Source: an uncultured Clostridia bacterium (GTDB lineage: Bacteria > Bacillota > Clostridia > Christensenellales > UBA1242). From it: 60,889 nt of DNA. The position numbers were made by a program, and so were the translations under genes. Positions 45,434-54,153 of the stretch are shown one piece after another. The notes below the pieces were generated by a model. It saw only the letters and a program-made list of their open reading frames with translations, ran no database searches and was not told where the DNA came from. The DNA is taken from the NCBI GenBank assembly GCA_947626955.1, contig CANQUB010000003.1:1-60889 (forward strand), read 5' to 3'. Position 1 is the first letter of the stretch, and each line of letters opens with the position of its first letter.

Positions 45434-47653
45434 ATGTTTTTTTATGAATACAGCTGCAAATTCCCCGCACCCTGCGAAAAAAACAGGTTTGGGGAAATGC
45501 CAAGCCCTGGCGAGCAAGGCCAAAAAGAGGCCAAGGCCTTAGAGGGGGGCCAAAAACAGGAGGCCGAGGCTTGCAAAGACGAGGGCGAAAAGCCCAAAGC
45601 CAGCAAGCGGGTTAGGTCGACAAGTAATGCCGAGCCAGCTGGCCAAACGCAGGAGTTTGAAATCGTCGAGGTGGTGCAATCCTGCCGAGAAAAGCCGGCG
45701 GCCAAGCGAAATATGCCGTATATGAGCAATGTGGCCAAGCGAATAAATGAGTACGTTACCGACCTACACGACCCCTGCTTTTTCGCCTTCCCTTCCTACT
45801 GCGACGACACGGGCTTCTCGATAAGCTGTATGATGAAAGGGAGCATCGCCTGCCTTAAAGACATGGACGAGCACGTTAGAAAAATGGTAAAGCTGACCCG
45901 TATGAGCATTGTCAAGGTCATAAAGAGCGAGTGCACCATTGGCAGCGTTATTGATAGGCTAGACGACGCCTGCCTGCACGACTGGGTCAAGGACGCCCGC
46001 TCGGCCGAGCGTGGTTTTCATTTGCATGAAATGCGTTCGAGACTTTTTTACGAGTGCGAGCTTTGCGATGGGCTTACTTTGTCCAAAGAGGACGCCTTAA
46101 AGCTTGCCGACCGCAGCTTTCTTGGCGATCCCTTGAGGGAAGAGATCGAGAGGATATATGTAAAGAGCCAGCACGGTTTCGGCGTGCCCGTGCACTATAT
46201 CCTCGACATTAACGACAACGAGGCCATGCAAGACACCCTGGGCCTGCTGATTGACAGCCTCAAGGCCAACGGCCGAATTATTCGAAACAAGTACGCCATC
46301 ATAGATTTTGGCACACTGCTGCGCAAGACCGACGACATTTTTACCGATGTTACCGACATTGTGCAGGCCTTTTCAACTGAGAAGGGCGGCACGGTGGTCA
46401 TCAAGATAAACCTAGATGTGCGAGACTCAAAGATGCTCAGTAACCAGCACGAGATTATTCATGATATTTGCCACTACATACATATGTTTTCCTCTGTAAC
46501 CACTGTATTTTTGTGCTTCTCTTGCCGAAGCAAAGACCCTGTAAAGATCTTTAAAGAAATGCTCTTTGACCTGTCGTTTGTCGAGTTCAGCGACCTACTG
46601 CTTAGAGGAGAGCGAGCCGCTCACTACCTCACCGAGATGGCCGTGCGTAACGAAATTGAGCCCGACCCGTCGCTAAGTGAAAAAATTGACCCAAAACTAA
46701 GCTATAAACCGGCAGAATTGCAGGAAATTTATCAAAATTGGTACAAAGAGTATGTAAAAAAGGTGCAATTTCCGCAATATTCCTATCTTTACGCCGAAAA
46801 ACCCGAAGAAAACATTAAAAATGAGGACGGAGCACTCCAACGATTGCACGAGCTGATCGGGCTGGATGAGGTGAAAAGGCAGGTTGAATCCTACATCAAT
46901 TATTCACGTTTGCAAAAGGCTTGCAAGGAGCGAGGAAAGAAAGCCCCCGACATTTGCAGGCACATGGCCTTTGTTGGCAACCCCGGAACGGCCAAGACCA
47001 CAGTGGCTAGGCTGGTGGCCGAGATCATGAAGGAAAACCACCTACTCTCCCGCGGGCACATCGTCGAGGTCGGGCGTGCCGACATCGTCAGCAGGTTCGT
47101 GGGCGGAACAGCTCCGCAGGTAAAAAAGCTGTTTGAAAGAGCCATGGGCGGAGTGCTGTTTATTGACGAGGCCTACTCACTTTGCGAAAACAAAGAGGGG
47201 CTATATGGCGACGAAGCCATTAACACCATTGTGCAAGAGATGGAGAACAGACGAGGCGAGCTGGTGGTCATCTTTGCTGGATACAAAAAGGAAATGGAGA
47301 GTTTTCTCTCGCGCAACCCCGGGCTGAGGAGCCGCATTGGAACAGTTATAGACTTTGGCGACTACTCGACCAGCGAGCTGTTGCAAATTGCAAGATACCA
47401 AGCCGGCCAAATGGATGTCGACATCTCGGGCTGCGAGCAGGTCATTAAAGACATCGTGGAAAAAGAAAAGGAGCTTGGCGACTTTGGCAATGGCCGCTCC
47501 ATCCGCACCTTGCTCGAAAAGGCCCGCATAAGGCAGGCCACAAGGCTGGTAAAGAGCGGGCAGCTCTATTCGCCCGAGGCCGAGGTCTTGCTGCCCGAAG
47601 ATTTTGAGATGCCAATCGCAAAACCAAAGAAGACCATTGGCTTTGGTTGGTAA
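45434..47653 (+). CDS. AAA+ ATPase (SpoVK/CbbX-like C-terminal domain) with long N-terminal region
   Basis: LIGLDEVK, HMAFVGNPGTAKTTVAR, GGVLFIDEAYSL, NPGLRSR, FGNGRSIR; start refined to ATG 45434 (aggagg RBS). Confidence 0.9.
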   Translation: MFFYEYSCKFPAPCEKNRFGEMPSPGEQGQKEAKALEGGQKQEAEACKDEGEKPKASKRVRSTSNAEPAGQTQEFEIVEVVQSCREKPAAKRNMPYMSNVAKRINEYVTDLHDPCFFAFPSYCDDTGFSISCMMKGSIACLKDMDEHVRKMVKLTRMSIVKVIKSECTIGSVIDRLDDACLHDWVKDARSAERGFHLHEMRSRLFYECELCDGLTLSKEDALKLADRSFLGDPLREEIERIYVKSQHGFGVPVHYILDINDNEAMQDTLGLLIDSLKANGRIIRNKYAIIDFGTLLRKTDDIFTDVTDIVQAFSTEKGGTVVIKINLDVRDSKMLSNQHEIIHDICHYIHMFSSVTTVFLCFSCRSKDPVKIFKEMLFDLSFVEFSDLLLRGERAAHYLTEMAVRNEIEPDPSLSEKIDPKLSYKPAELQEIYQNWYKEYVKKVQFPQYSYLYAEKPEENIKNEDGALQRLHELIGLDEVKRQVESYINYSRLQKACKERGKKAPDICRHMAFVGNPGTAKTTVARLVAEIMKENHLLSRGHIVEVGRADIVSRFVGGTAPQVKKLFERAMGGVLFIDEAYSLCENKEGLYGDEAINTIVQEMENRRGELVVIFAGYKKEMESFLSRNPGLRSRIGTVIDFGDYSTSELLQIARYQAGQMDVDISGCEQVIKDIVEKEKELGDFGNGRSIRTLLEKARIRQATRLVKSGQLYSPEAEVLLPEDFEMPIAKPKKTIGFGW

Positions 47654-47706
47654 AATTGTTTGCCTCTTTGCAAGGCTTGTGTTAGAATAAATTTGGAGAA
47701 AACAAG

Positions 47707-48684
47707 ATGCAACAAGGAAAAAAACTCAGCGCTCTTTGCATATTAAATGTGCTAAAAGAGTACAGCGACGAAAACCACCCGCTAAAACAGTTGGAAATTG
47801 CAAAAAAGATTGAAAACACCTACGGCATTGCCCTCGAACGCAAGTCGGTTGGCTACGGCATTGACAGCCTTATTGACTTTGGCTTTGACATCATCAAGAC
47901 CAGCAAGGGCTGTTATCTTGGCGAGCGCGAGTTCGAGCCCAGCGAAATTTCATTTCTAGTGGACGCCGTGTTTTCGAGCAAGGCACTAGACAGCCAGCAC
48001 AGCCGCCAACTAGCCCAAAAACTTTCGGGGCTTTTGAGCGTGCACCAAAGGCGTAAGTATAAGTATATTTGCAAGGCCGACCAAATTGTAAGAACCAACC
48101 AAAAGCAACTTTTCTACACCATCGACGTTTTAAACGAGGCCATCGAAAAGGGCAAGCAGGTCGAGTTCAACTACAACCGCTACTACTTCGAAGAAAACGA
48201 GAAAAAGAAGAATTTCCGCTACAAAATTAACCCCTACTTTTTAATTAACAACCAGGGCAAATATTACCTTGTGTGCAACCTCGACTACTATGATGACATA
48301 GCAAACTACAAGGTTGAGCTCATTTCAAATATCAAGCTCCTCGACTCGCCAGTAAAACCTATAACCCGCCTCAAAGACTGCGAAAAAGGCGTGGACATGG
48401 CCGAGTACGCCAACAACAACATCTATATGTTCAACAACAAGCCGGTCAAGGCCACCCTGAAAATTAAAGAGCCATATTCGGCCGAGTATGTCATGGAGTG
48501 GTTTGGCAGTGCCGCCAACTTCTACAAAAAGGACGACCAGCTCTTTGCCGACATCAAGGCCAACGAGACCGCACTCATCTTTTGGTGCTTGCAATATGGT
48601 GACACCATCGAACTTGTCTCTCCCGACTCCACCCGAGCCGAGATTGCCAAAAAAGTGGCCACCCTGCAAAAAGTTTATAAATAA
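47707..48684 (+). CDS. HTH-WYL domain transcriptional regulator
   Basis: ILNVLKEYSDENHPL wHTH; INPYFLINNQGKYYLVC..NYKVELI WYL; WCX-like C-terminus. Confidence 0.92.
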   Translation: MQQGKKLSALCILNVLKEYSDENHPLKQLEIAKKIENTYGIALERKSVGYGIDSLIDFGFDIIKTSKGCYLGEREFEPSEISFLVDAVFSSKALDSQHSRQLAQKLSGLLSVHQRRKYKYICKADQIVRTNQKQLFYTIDVLNEAIEKGKQVEFNYNRYYFEENEKKKNFRYKINPYFLINNQGKYYLVCNLDYYDDIANYKVELISNIKLLDSPVKPITRLKDCEKGVDMAEYANNNIYMFNNKPVKATLKIKEPYSAEYVMEWFGSAANFYKKDDQLFADIKANETALIFWCLQYGDTIELVSPDSTRAEIAKKVATLQKVYK

Positions 48685-48727
48685 CAACAGCCGAGCAAAA
48701 GCTCGGCTGTTTTGGTTGTTTGTTTGT

Positions 48728-48880
48728 TGGCAGAGAGGACGGGATTTCGTCGAAGTTCGAGCGCCTGCTTTTGGACAATCCTGCTACGCAGGCTTGCCCT
48801 TATGTGGCCCTCGACTTCTCCTCTCCCCACCGAGTTCGTAAACTCACTCGTCGGGGGCCCTATTGTGGGTTCGAATCCCG
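48728..48880. repeat. Duplicated tRNA-Ser 3' end, M4 element and inverted T-arm copy
   Basis: tggcagagaggacgggatt 48728-48746 equals 48902-48920; M4 ~48747-48861; gggttcgaatcccg ~48867-48880. Confidence 0.85.
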
Positions 48881-48901
48881 CAATAATTTCAGTTTTAGAA
48901 T

Positions 48902-48992
48902 TGGCAGAGAGGACGGGATTCGAACCCGTGGTACGCTTTTGACGTACACAACCTTTCCAGGGTTGCACCTTAAACCACTCGGACACCTCTCT
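48902..48992 (-). tRNA. tRNA-Ser (GGA)
   Basis: 91-nt cloverleaf AGAGAGG...CCTCTCTGCCA; anticodon arm CAACC-CTGGAAA-GGTTG; long variable arm. Confidence 0.95.
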
Positions 48993-49058
48993 ATAAATGT
49001 GGTTTATTCTATACTTGATATTTAGTTCACCCAAAACCTATTGTGGTTTAAGGTGCAT

Positions 49059-49258
49059 AACGGGGCCCCCGACAAACGAGCTAGCGAGTTTGTTGGGGAG
49101 AGGAGAAGGTTGGTTGATGGCTGGCAGTGCCTTTCAACGAAAGGCATTGACGCTTGAAACCAAGCTTCGACGAAAACCACTCGGACACCTCTCTATACAT
49201 GGTTTATTCTATACTTGATATTTAGTTCACCTAAAACTTATTGTGGTTTAAGGTGCAT
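49059..49258. repeat. Inverted M4 element followed by an 85-bp duplicate of the tRNA-Ser 5' end and upstream region
   Basis: 49174-49258 nearly identical to 48972-49058; M4 reverse copy lies between them. Confidence 0.85.
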
Positions 49259-49510
49259 TACATAAACATTTGTATTCTAACATATAAATGGCAAAAAGTC
49301 TAGCCCAAAACATTTTTTTATTTGCTATTTCTATGTTTTTTGTTATAATATCAATAAGACTGCGAAAACAACGAATAAAAAACGCATAATGAAATTTTAT
49401 AAATTGTAAAAACAGTTTTACGGTTTTGAAAGTTTATTTGTATAAAATACTCTAAATTAAGCATAAAAGTACAAATATAATTTTAAAAAATAAAATAAAA
49501 GGTATATAAT

Positions 49511-50302
49511 ATGAAAAACGAAAGCTATCCTATAACCGAATTTTTTAGCGACAAGGTTCCCAATCTTGAAGCCTTTTTTGCCAACGGCAAAAAGGAGTTT
49601 TGGATGTTTGACGGGATCAAGAAGATGGGCATTGACAAATGTGTATTCTTCTTCCCTCGCCATTTTGAAGAGCTAAAAAATATCACAAAAAAATGTGAAC
49701 TTGTCTATGAGTTCAAGTCGGCCAGCACAATTTCTCCAATATACCTTTATGATAACAAAGTGCTGATTGCTTTGGCCCCTCTTGGCGGCCCGGCCGTTGC
49801 CAACCTTATGGAAGAGCTAATCTATGTTGGAATAAAATACTTCATCGGCACTGGCACTTGTGGAGCCATTGTGCCAATCGAGAACTATGACACCTACCTC
49901 ATCCCAAAACTAGCCATTCGTGACGAGGGTGTAAGCTACCACTATTTGCCAGCCAGCCGCACAGTTGGCACTAGCACCCTTTTGCAAAACAGTTTAAAGT
50001 CCACTCTTAAAGCCCATGGCGAAAAGTTTGTAAGCGGCACCGTTTGGACCACCGACGCCCTATACCGTGAATCCCCCGAGTGCATAGCCGCCCGCAAAAG
50101 CGAAGGGGCAACCGGCGTTGAAATGGAGACGGCCAGCCTTGCCGCCGTTGCCAAGGCTAGAAAGGTTGAATATGCCTGCCTGCTCTACTACAGCGACTAC
50201 AACGACGGCATAACTTGGGAAACAAGGATATATGACCGAGTGCCCATTCGTGAAGAGATAATAAACCTCAGCGTTGAAGCATTGCTTAACATTAATAAAT
50301 AG
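49511..50302 (+). CDS. Nucleoside phosphorylase (PNP/UDP family)
   Basis: LGGPAVANLMEEL, IGTGTCGA, IRDEGVSYHY, WTTDALYRE, VEMETA. Confidence 0.93.
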   Translation: MKNESYPITEFFSDKVPNLEAFFANGKKEFWMFDGIKKMGIDKCVFFFPRHFEELKNITKKCELVYEFKSASTISPIYLYDNKVLIALAPLGGPAVANLMEELIYVGIKYFIGTGTCGAIVPIENYDTYLIPKLAIRDEGVSYHYLPASRTVGTSTLLQNSLKSTLKAHGEKFVSGTVWTTDALYRESPECIAARKSEGATGVEMETASLAAVAKARKVEYACLLYYSDYNDGITWETRIYDRVPIREEIINLSVEALLNINK

Positions 50303-50345
50303 ACACAATAAAAACACGCTCAAGGCGTGTTTTTATTGTGCTTTT

Positions 50346-50981
50346 TTAATTATTTTCGTCGCTTTTTGCAGTTTTATATGGGATAAAGGTTGGACAAACG
50401 GCCAAAGTGCCGCCGATTACGCTAAGGATAATTCCCGCACCAACTTTGAACAGCTTGCTGACTTTAACAGCCACAGGGCCCATACTAATAGAGCTATTTA
50501 GCAAACAAATATAGCTTATCATGCTAGCTAAAATGAAGGCAAACGCCGCCAAAGCCAAACCACGAGTTACCCATGGGCAGGCCTTGCCAAACAGGCTGGC
50601 AATAAGTGCTGCCAAAAGCCCAAGCGAAAGCACAACCGAGATAAAGTGGGTTATTGCGGCAAAATTGGCGTCGGTCTTGGTGTCTTCTTCGGTCTTAAGC
50701 TGTGCGATGATGCTATATTTTTGTATCTTTCTAAGTGTGGCCACATATTGGTCAGAGCCAACAGTGTACTTCCCGCCTGCAACATCAGCTTGCAGCTCAG
50801 CCTGAAGCTCGCTAGATTTCTTTTCGGCTGTCTTCTTGCTTGTAAAGGCAATTTCCATCGAGCTAAGCTTTATCGAGGTGTCCTCTTTGTAGGTTGTGGT
50901 TGGAATAAAGAATCCCACAATGTTCAAAAGGCAAAGTACCATTGCACAAATTGTCATGATAAGTCCAAGATGCTTTTTCAT
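50346..50981 (-). CDS. Membrane protein, unknown function
   Basis: About four hydrophobic helices with a soluble loop. Confidence 0.75.
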   Translation of the reverse strand: MKKHLGLIMTICAMVLCLLNIVGFFIPTTTYKEDTSIKLSSMEIAFTSKKTAEKKSSELQAELQADVAGGKYTVGSDQYVATLRKIQKYSIIAQLKTEEDTKTDANFAAITHFISVVLSLGLLAALIASLFGKACPWVTRGLALAAFAFILASMISYICLLNSSISMGPVAVKVSKLFKVGAGIILSVIGGTLAVCPTFIPYKTAKSDENN

Positions 50982-51076
50982 TTTCTCTCCTCCTTTGTTG
51001 ATACTCTTAGGTTAGCACATTATAAAACTAAAGGCAAGCGATTTTCAAAAATTGTTGACGTGTCAACAAATTCTTA

Positions 51077-51676
51077 TTCCGCGAGGCTTGCCTCGCGGCC
51101 CATATCGCCGCACCTAATTATAAACGGCTGTGCGTTAAATGAAAAATTAAAAATGAAAAATGAAAAATGAGGGCGTCGAGGCGATGCCTCGAAGATTTTA
51201 TTATCCTCATCAGCCTCGACATGGAGCAGGTTCGGCAGCTTCCCCTTGGTAAGGGGAAGCCTAAGAAAGGGGATGCTGTTCATGGCTCCCTCTTGACGGG
51301 GGAGCTGGTCGAAGACCTGAGGGGGTGAAAAAGTATCCGCTTTATTCACGATGTTAACTAGTAACAATTTAGTGCTTGTAAAGAAGTAGATAAGGTGAAG
51401 ATGGTGACAAGCGCTAAGAAAGAAGGTTGCTGGCTAACCTTTTCAAGTCTCCCCCGACACAAAGGGGTCCCCGACGAGCGAGTTTACGAGCTTGGTGGGG
51501 AGAGGAGAAGTTCGAGGGCTAGCAAAGGCAAGCCTGCGTAGCATGATTGCTTTTAGCTGGCACTCGAATTTCGACGAAGAAGGTGGGGAGCTTACGCACC
51601 AAACGGGGGCGAAACAATAATCTCGCACAAAGTGCGACGCCCTAACTTTTCACTTTTCATCTTTCACTTTTCACTT
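51077..51676. repeat. Composite repeat cluster: palindrome, 7-mer tract, M1, M5-M2, inverted M4, inverted 7-mer tract
   Basis: Homology blocks to 24355-24686, 15505-15620, 18716-18736 and 60732-60761. Confidence 0.92.
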
Positions 51677-51703
51677 AAAAAAGAGGCTCTTCGAGCCTCT
51701 TTT

Positions 51704-54043
51704 TTACGCCGTCCACGGCTTGCCACATACCTCAGGCATGTCCACACCATATTCACGGATGTAGGCGTCGTGCTCGTCAAGCTTACGATACATCTCCCGC
51801 TCAATGCGGTTTTTGGTGCGTGTATCTATATTAATATACTTCAAGGTCTTTAGCACAAGGTGGTAGCGGTCAATGTGGTTTCTAACACGCATATCAAACG
51901 GCGTGGTGATAGTTCCCTCTTCTTTGTAGCCCGAAACGTGCATATTCTCGTTGTGGCGGTTATAGGTCAAAAGGTGGACAAGCTGGGCGTAGCCATGGAA
52001 GTTGAAGATTATTGGCTTATCTAGGGTAAAGAGCTTATCATACTCGCTGTCGGTCAGGCCATGCGGATGCTGACGGGAAGATACAAGCTTCATGAGGTCA
52101 ACCACGTTTATAAAGCGTACATTGAGCTTTGGCAAATATTTTTTAATAAGCCCAACCGCCTCGATGGCCTCGAGGGTTGGAGTGTCTCCGCAGCCCACCA
52201 TGACAACGTCGGGGTTCTTGGTGTCGTTGAGCCCCGCCCACTTCCACTCGCTCACGCCCTTGGCGCAGTGCCTCTTAGCCTCAGGCATATTGAGCCACTG
52301 GTATGACGGGTGCTTGGAGGCCACGATAATGTTTACATAGTTCTTGCTGGCCGCACAGTGGTCGTAGCAGGACAGCAGGCAGTTGGTGTCAGGTGGCAGA
52401 TAGATGCGGATGACGTCGGCCTTTTTGTTGACGATATGGTCGAGCATTCCAGGGTCTTGGTGAGTAAAGCCGTTGTGGTCTTGCTGCCAAACATTGCTGG
52501 TCAAAATCAGGTTGAGCGAAGAGATTGGTGCTCTCCACGGAATTTCATTGCACATCTTTAGCCACTTTGCGTGCTGAGCCACCATGCTGTCTACCACGCG
52601 GATAAAGGCCTCATAGCTGTTGAACATTCCGTGACGCCCGGTGAGAAGGTAGCCTTCCAGCCAGCCCTCGCACATATGCTCGGACAAATATCCGTCCATA
52701 ATTCGGCCGCCCTTGGCCAGCTTGTCGTCGGTTTTGTAGATATTGTTAAACGGCCTGTTTTCCACTTCAAAGGCCTTGTAGAGTCGGTTGCTCATGGCCT
52801 CGTCGGGGCTGAAAATGCGGTAGTTCTTGTTCTCGGCGTTCAGCTTGAACAAGTCTCGAACATAACCGCCAAGCTCAAGCATATCCTGAGCCTTGACCGT
52901 TCCATGCCCCTTAAAGGACAGGGCGTAGTCGTCGATGGACGGGCGAATAAGCTCTTTTAATAGCTTGCCGCCGTTGGCGTATGGCGATGCCGTGATACGC
53001 CTGTTGGTTGGAATGACCGAGGCAATGTCGGGATAAATTTTGTAGTTCTCGTCAAACAGCTCGTCGGGCTTGTAGCTTTGCAGCCAGTCCTCAAGCTGTT
53101 TTAGGTGCTCAGGCTTGTCCATGGCAAGAGGAATTTGGTGAGCACGGAAAGTGCCTTCAACCCTGTTGCCGTTTACCACCTTTGGCCCAGTCCAGCCCTT
53201 TGGCGTACGCAAAACGATCATTGGATAGACGGCCTTTTTGTTGGGATTTGCCTGGATCTTGCGAATGCTCTCAATGCACTTATCCATGGCAGCCGCCATC
53301 TTTTTGTGCATTTGCATTGGGTCGTGCCCTTCAACAAAGTATGGGCGGTAGCCGTAGCCTTCCATGAGCTTTTTCAACTCATCGTGGCTCATTCTTGAGA
53401 GCACGGTTGGGTTGTTTATCTTGTAGCCGTTTAGGTGCAGTATTGGAAGCACCGCCCCGTCGCTGCCCGGGCACAGGAATTTGTTTGAGTGCCACGAGGT
53501 GGCCAGCGGCCCGGTCTCGGCCTCGCCGTCACCAACCACAGCAACAGCTATTAGGTTTGGATTGTCAAACACCGCGCCATAGGCATGGGCCAAAACATAG
53601 CCAAGCTCGCCCCCTTCATGGATAGAGCCCGGAGTTTCGGGCACGCAGTGCGAGCCAATTCCGCCCGGGAAGGAAAACTGCTTGAATAGCCTCTTCATGC
53701 CCTCACGGTCTTGGCTGATGTTTGGATAAACCTCGCTATACACTCCCTCAAGGTAGCTGTTTGCAACCAGGAAGTTGCCGCCGTGGCCAGGGCCCGACAA
53801 AAGGATCATGTCTTGGTCATATTTTTGAATGACGCGGTCCATGTGGGCATAGACAAAGTTTTGCCCGGGCACTGTGCCCCAGTGGCCAACCAGTTTTTTC
53901 TTTATGTCGTCCTCGCACAGCTTGTGGTCTCTTAAAAGTGGATTGTCTCTTAGGTATAACTGAGCGGCCGAAAGATAGTTGGCAGCGCGCCAGTATCTGT
54001 TTAGTTTTTCAAAGTATTCTTTGGATGAAAAATTTGAGTTCAT
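51704..54043 (-). CDS. xfp: Phosphoketolase (xylulose-5P/fructose-6P)
   Basis: VGHWGTVPGQN, GPGHGG, HEGGELGY, GDGEAETG, QQDHNGFTHQDPG. Confidence 0.97.
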   Translation of the reverse strand: MNSNFSSKEYFEKLNRYWRAANYLSAAQLYLRDNPLLRDHKLCEDDIKKKLVGHWGTVPGQNFVYAHMDRVIQKYDQDMILLSGPGHGGNFLVANSYLEGVYSEVYPNISQDREGMKRLFKQFSFPGGIGSHCVPETPGSIHEGGELGYVLAHAYGAVFDNPNLIAVAVVGDGEAETGPLATSWHSNKFLCPGSDGAVLPILHLNGYKINNPTVLSRMSHDELKKLMEGYGYRPYFVEGHDPMQMHKKMAAAMDKCIESIRKIQANPNKKAVYPMIVLRTPKGWTGPKVVNGNRVEGTFRAHQIPLAMDKPEHLKQLEDWLQSYKPDELFDENYKIYPDIASVIPTNRRITASPYANGGKLLKELIRPSIDDYALSFKGHGTVKAQDMLELGGYVRDLFKLNAENKNYRIFSPDEAMSNRLYKAFEVENRPFNNIYKTDDKLAKGGRIMDGYLSEHMCEGWLEGYLLTGRHGMFNSYEAFIRVVDSMVAQHAKWLKMCNEIPWRAPISSLNLILTSNVWQQDHNGFTHQDPGMLDHIVNKKADVIRIYLPPDTNCLLSCYDHCAASKNYVNIIVASKHPSYQWLNMPEAKRHCAKGVSEWKWAGLNDTKNPDVVMVGCGDTPTLEAIEAVGLIKKYLPKLNVRFINVVDLMKLVSSRQHPHGLTDSEYDKLFTLDKPIIFNFHGYAQLVHLLTYNRHNENMHVSGYKEEGTITTPFDMRVRNHIDRYHLVLKTLKYINIDTRTKNRIEREMYRKLDEHDAYIREYGVDMPEVCGKPWTA

Positions 54044-54153
54044 CTTTGCACCTCTTTAACCAATTATACACATATTGTCTTTTTTTCACAAAACAAAAAA
54101 CGCAAATTGCACAAAAAAAGAAGGCAAAACGCCTTCTTTTTTATGTTTTTTAA

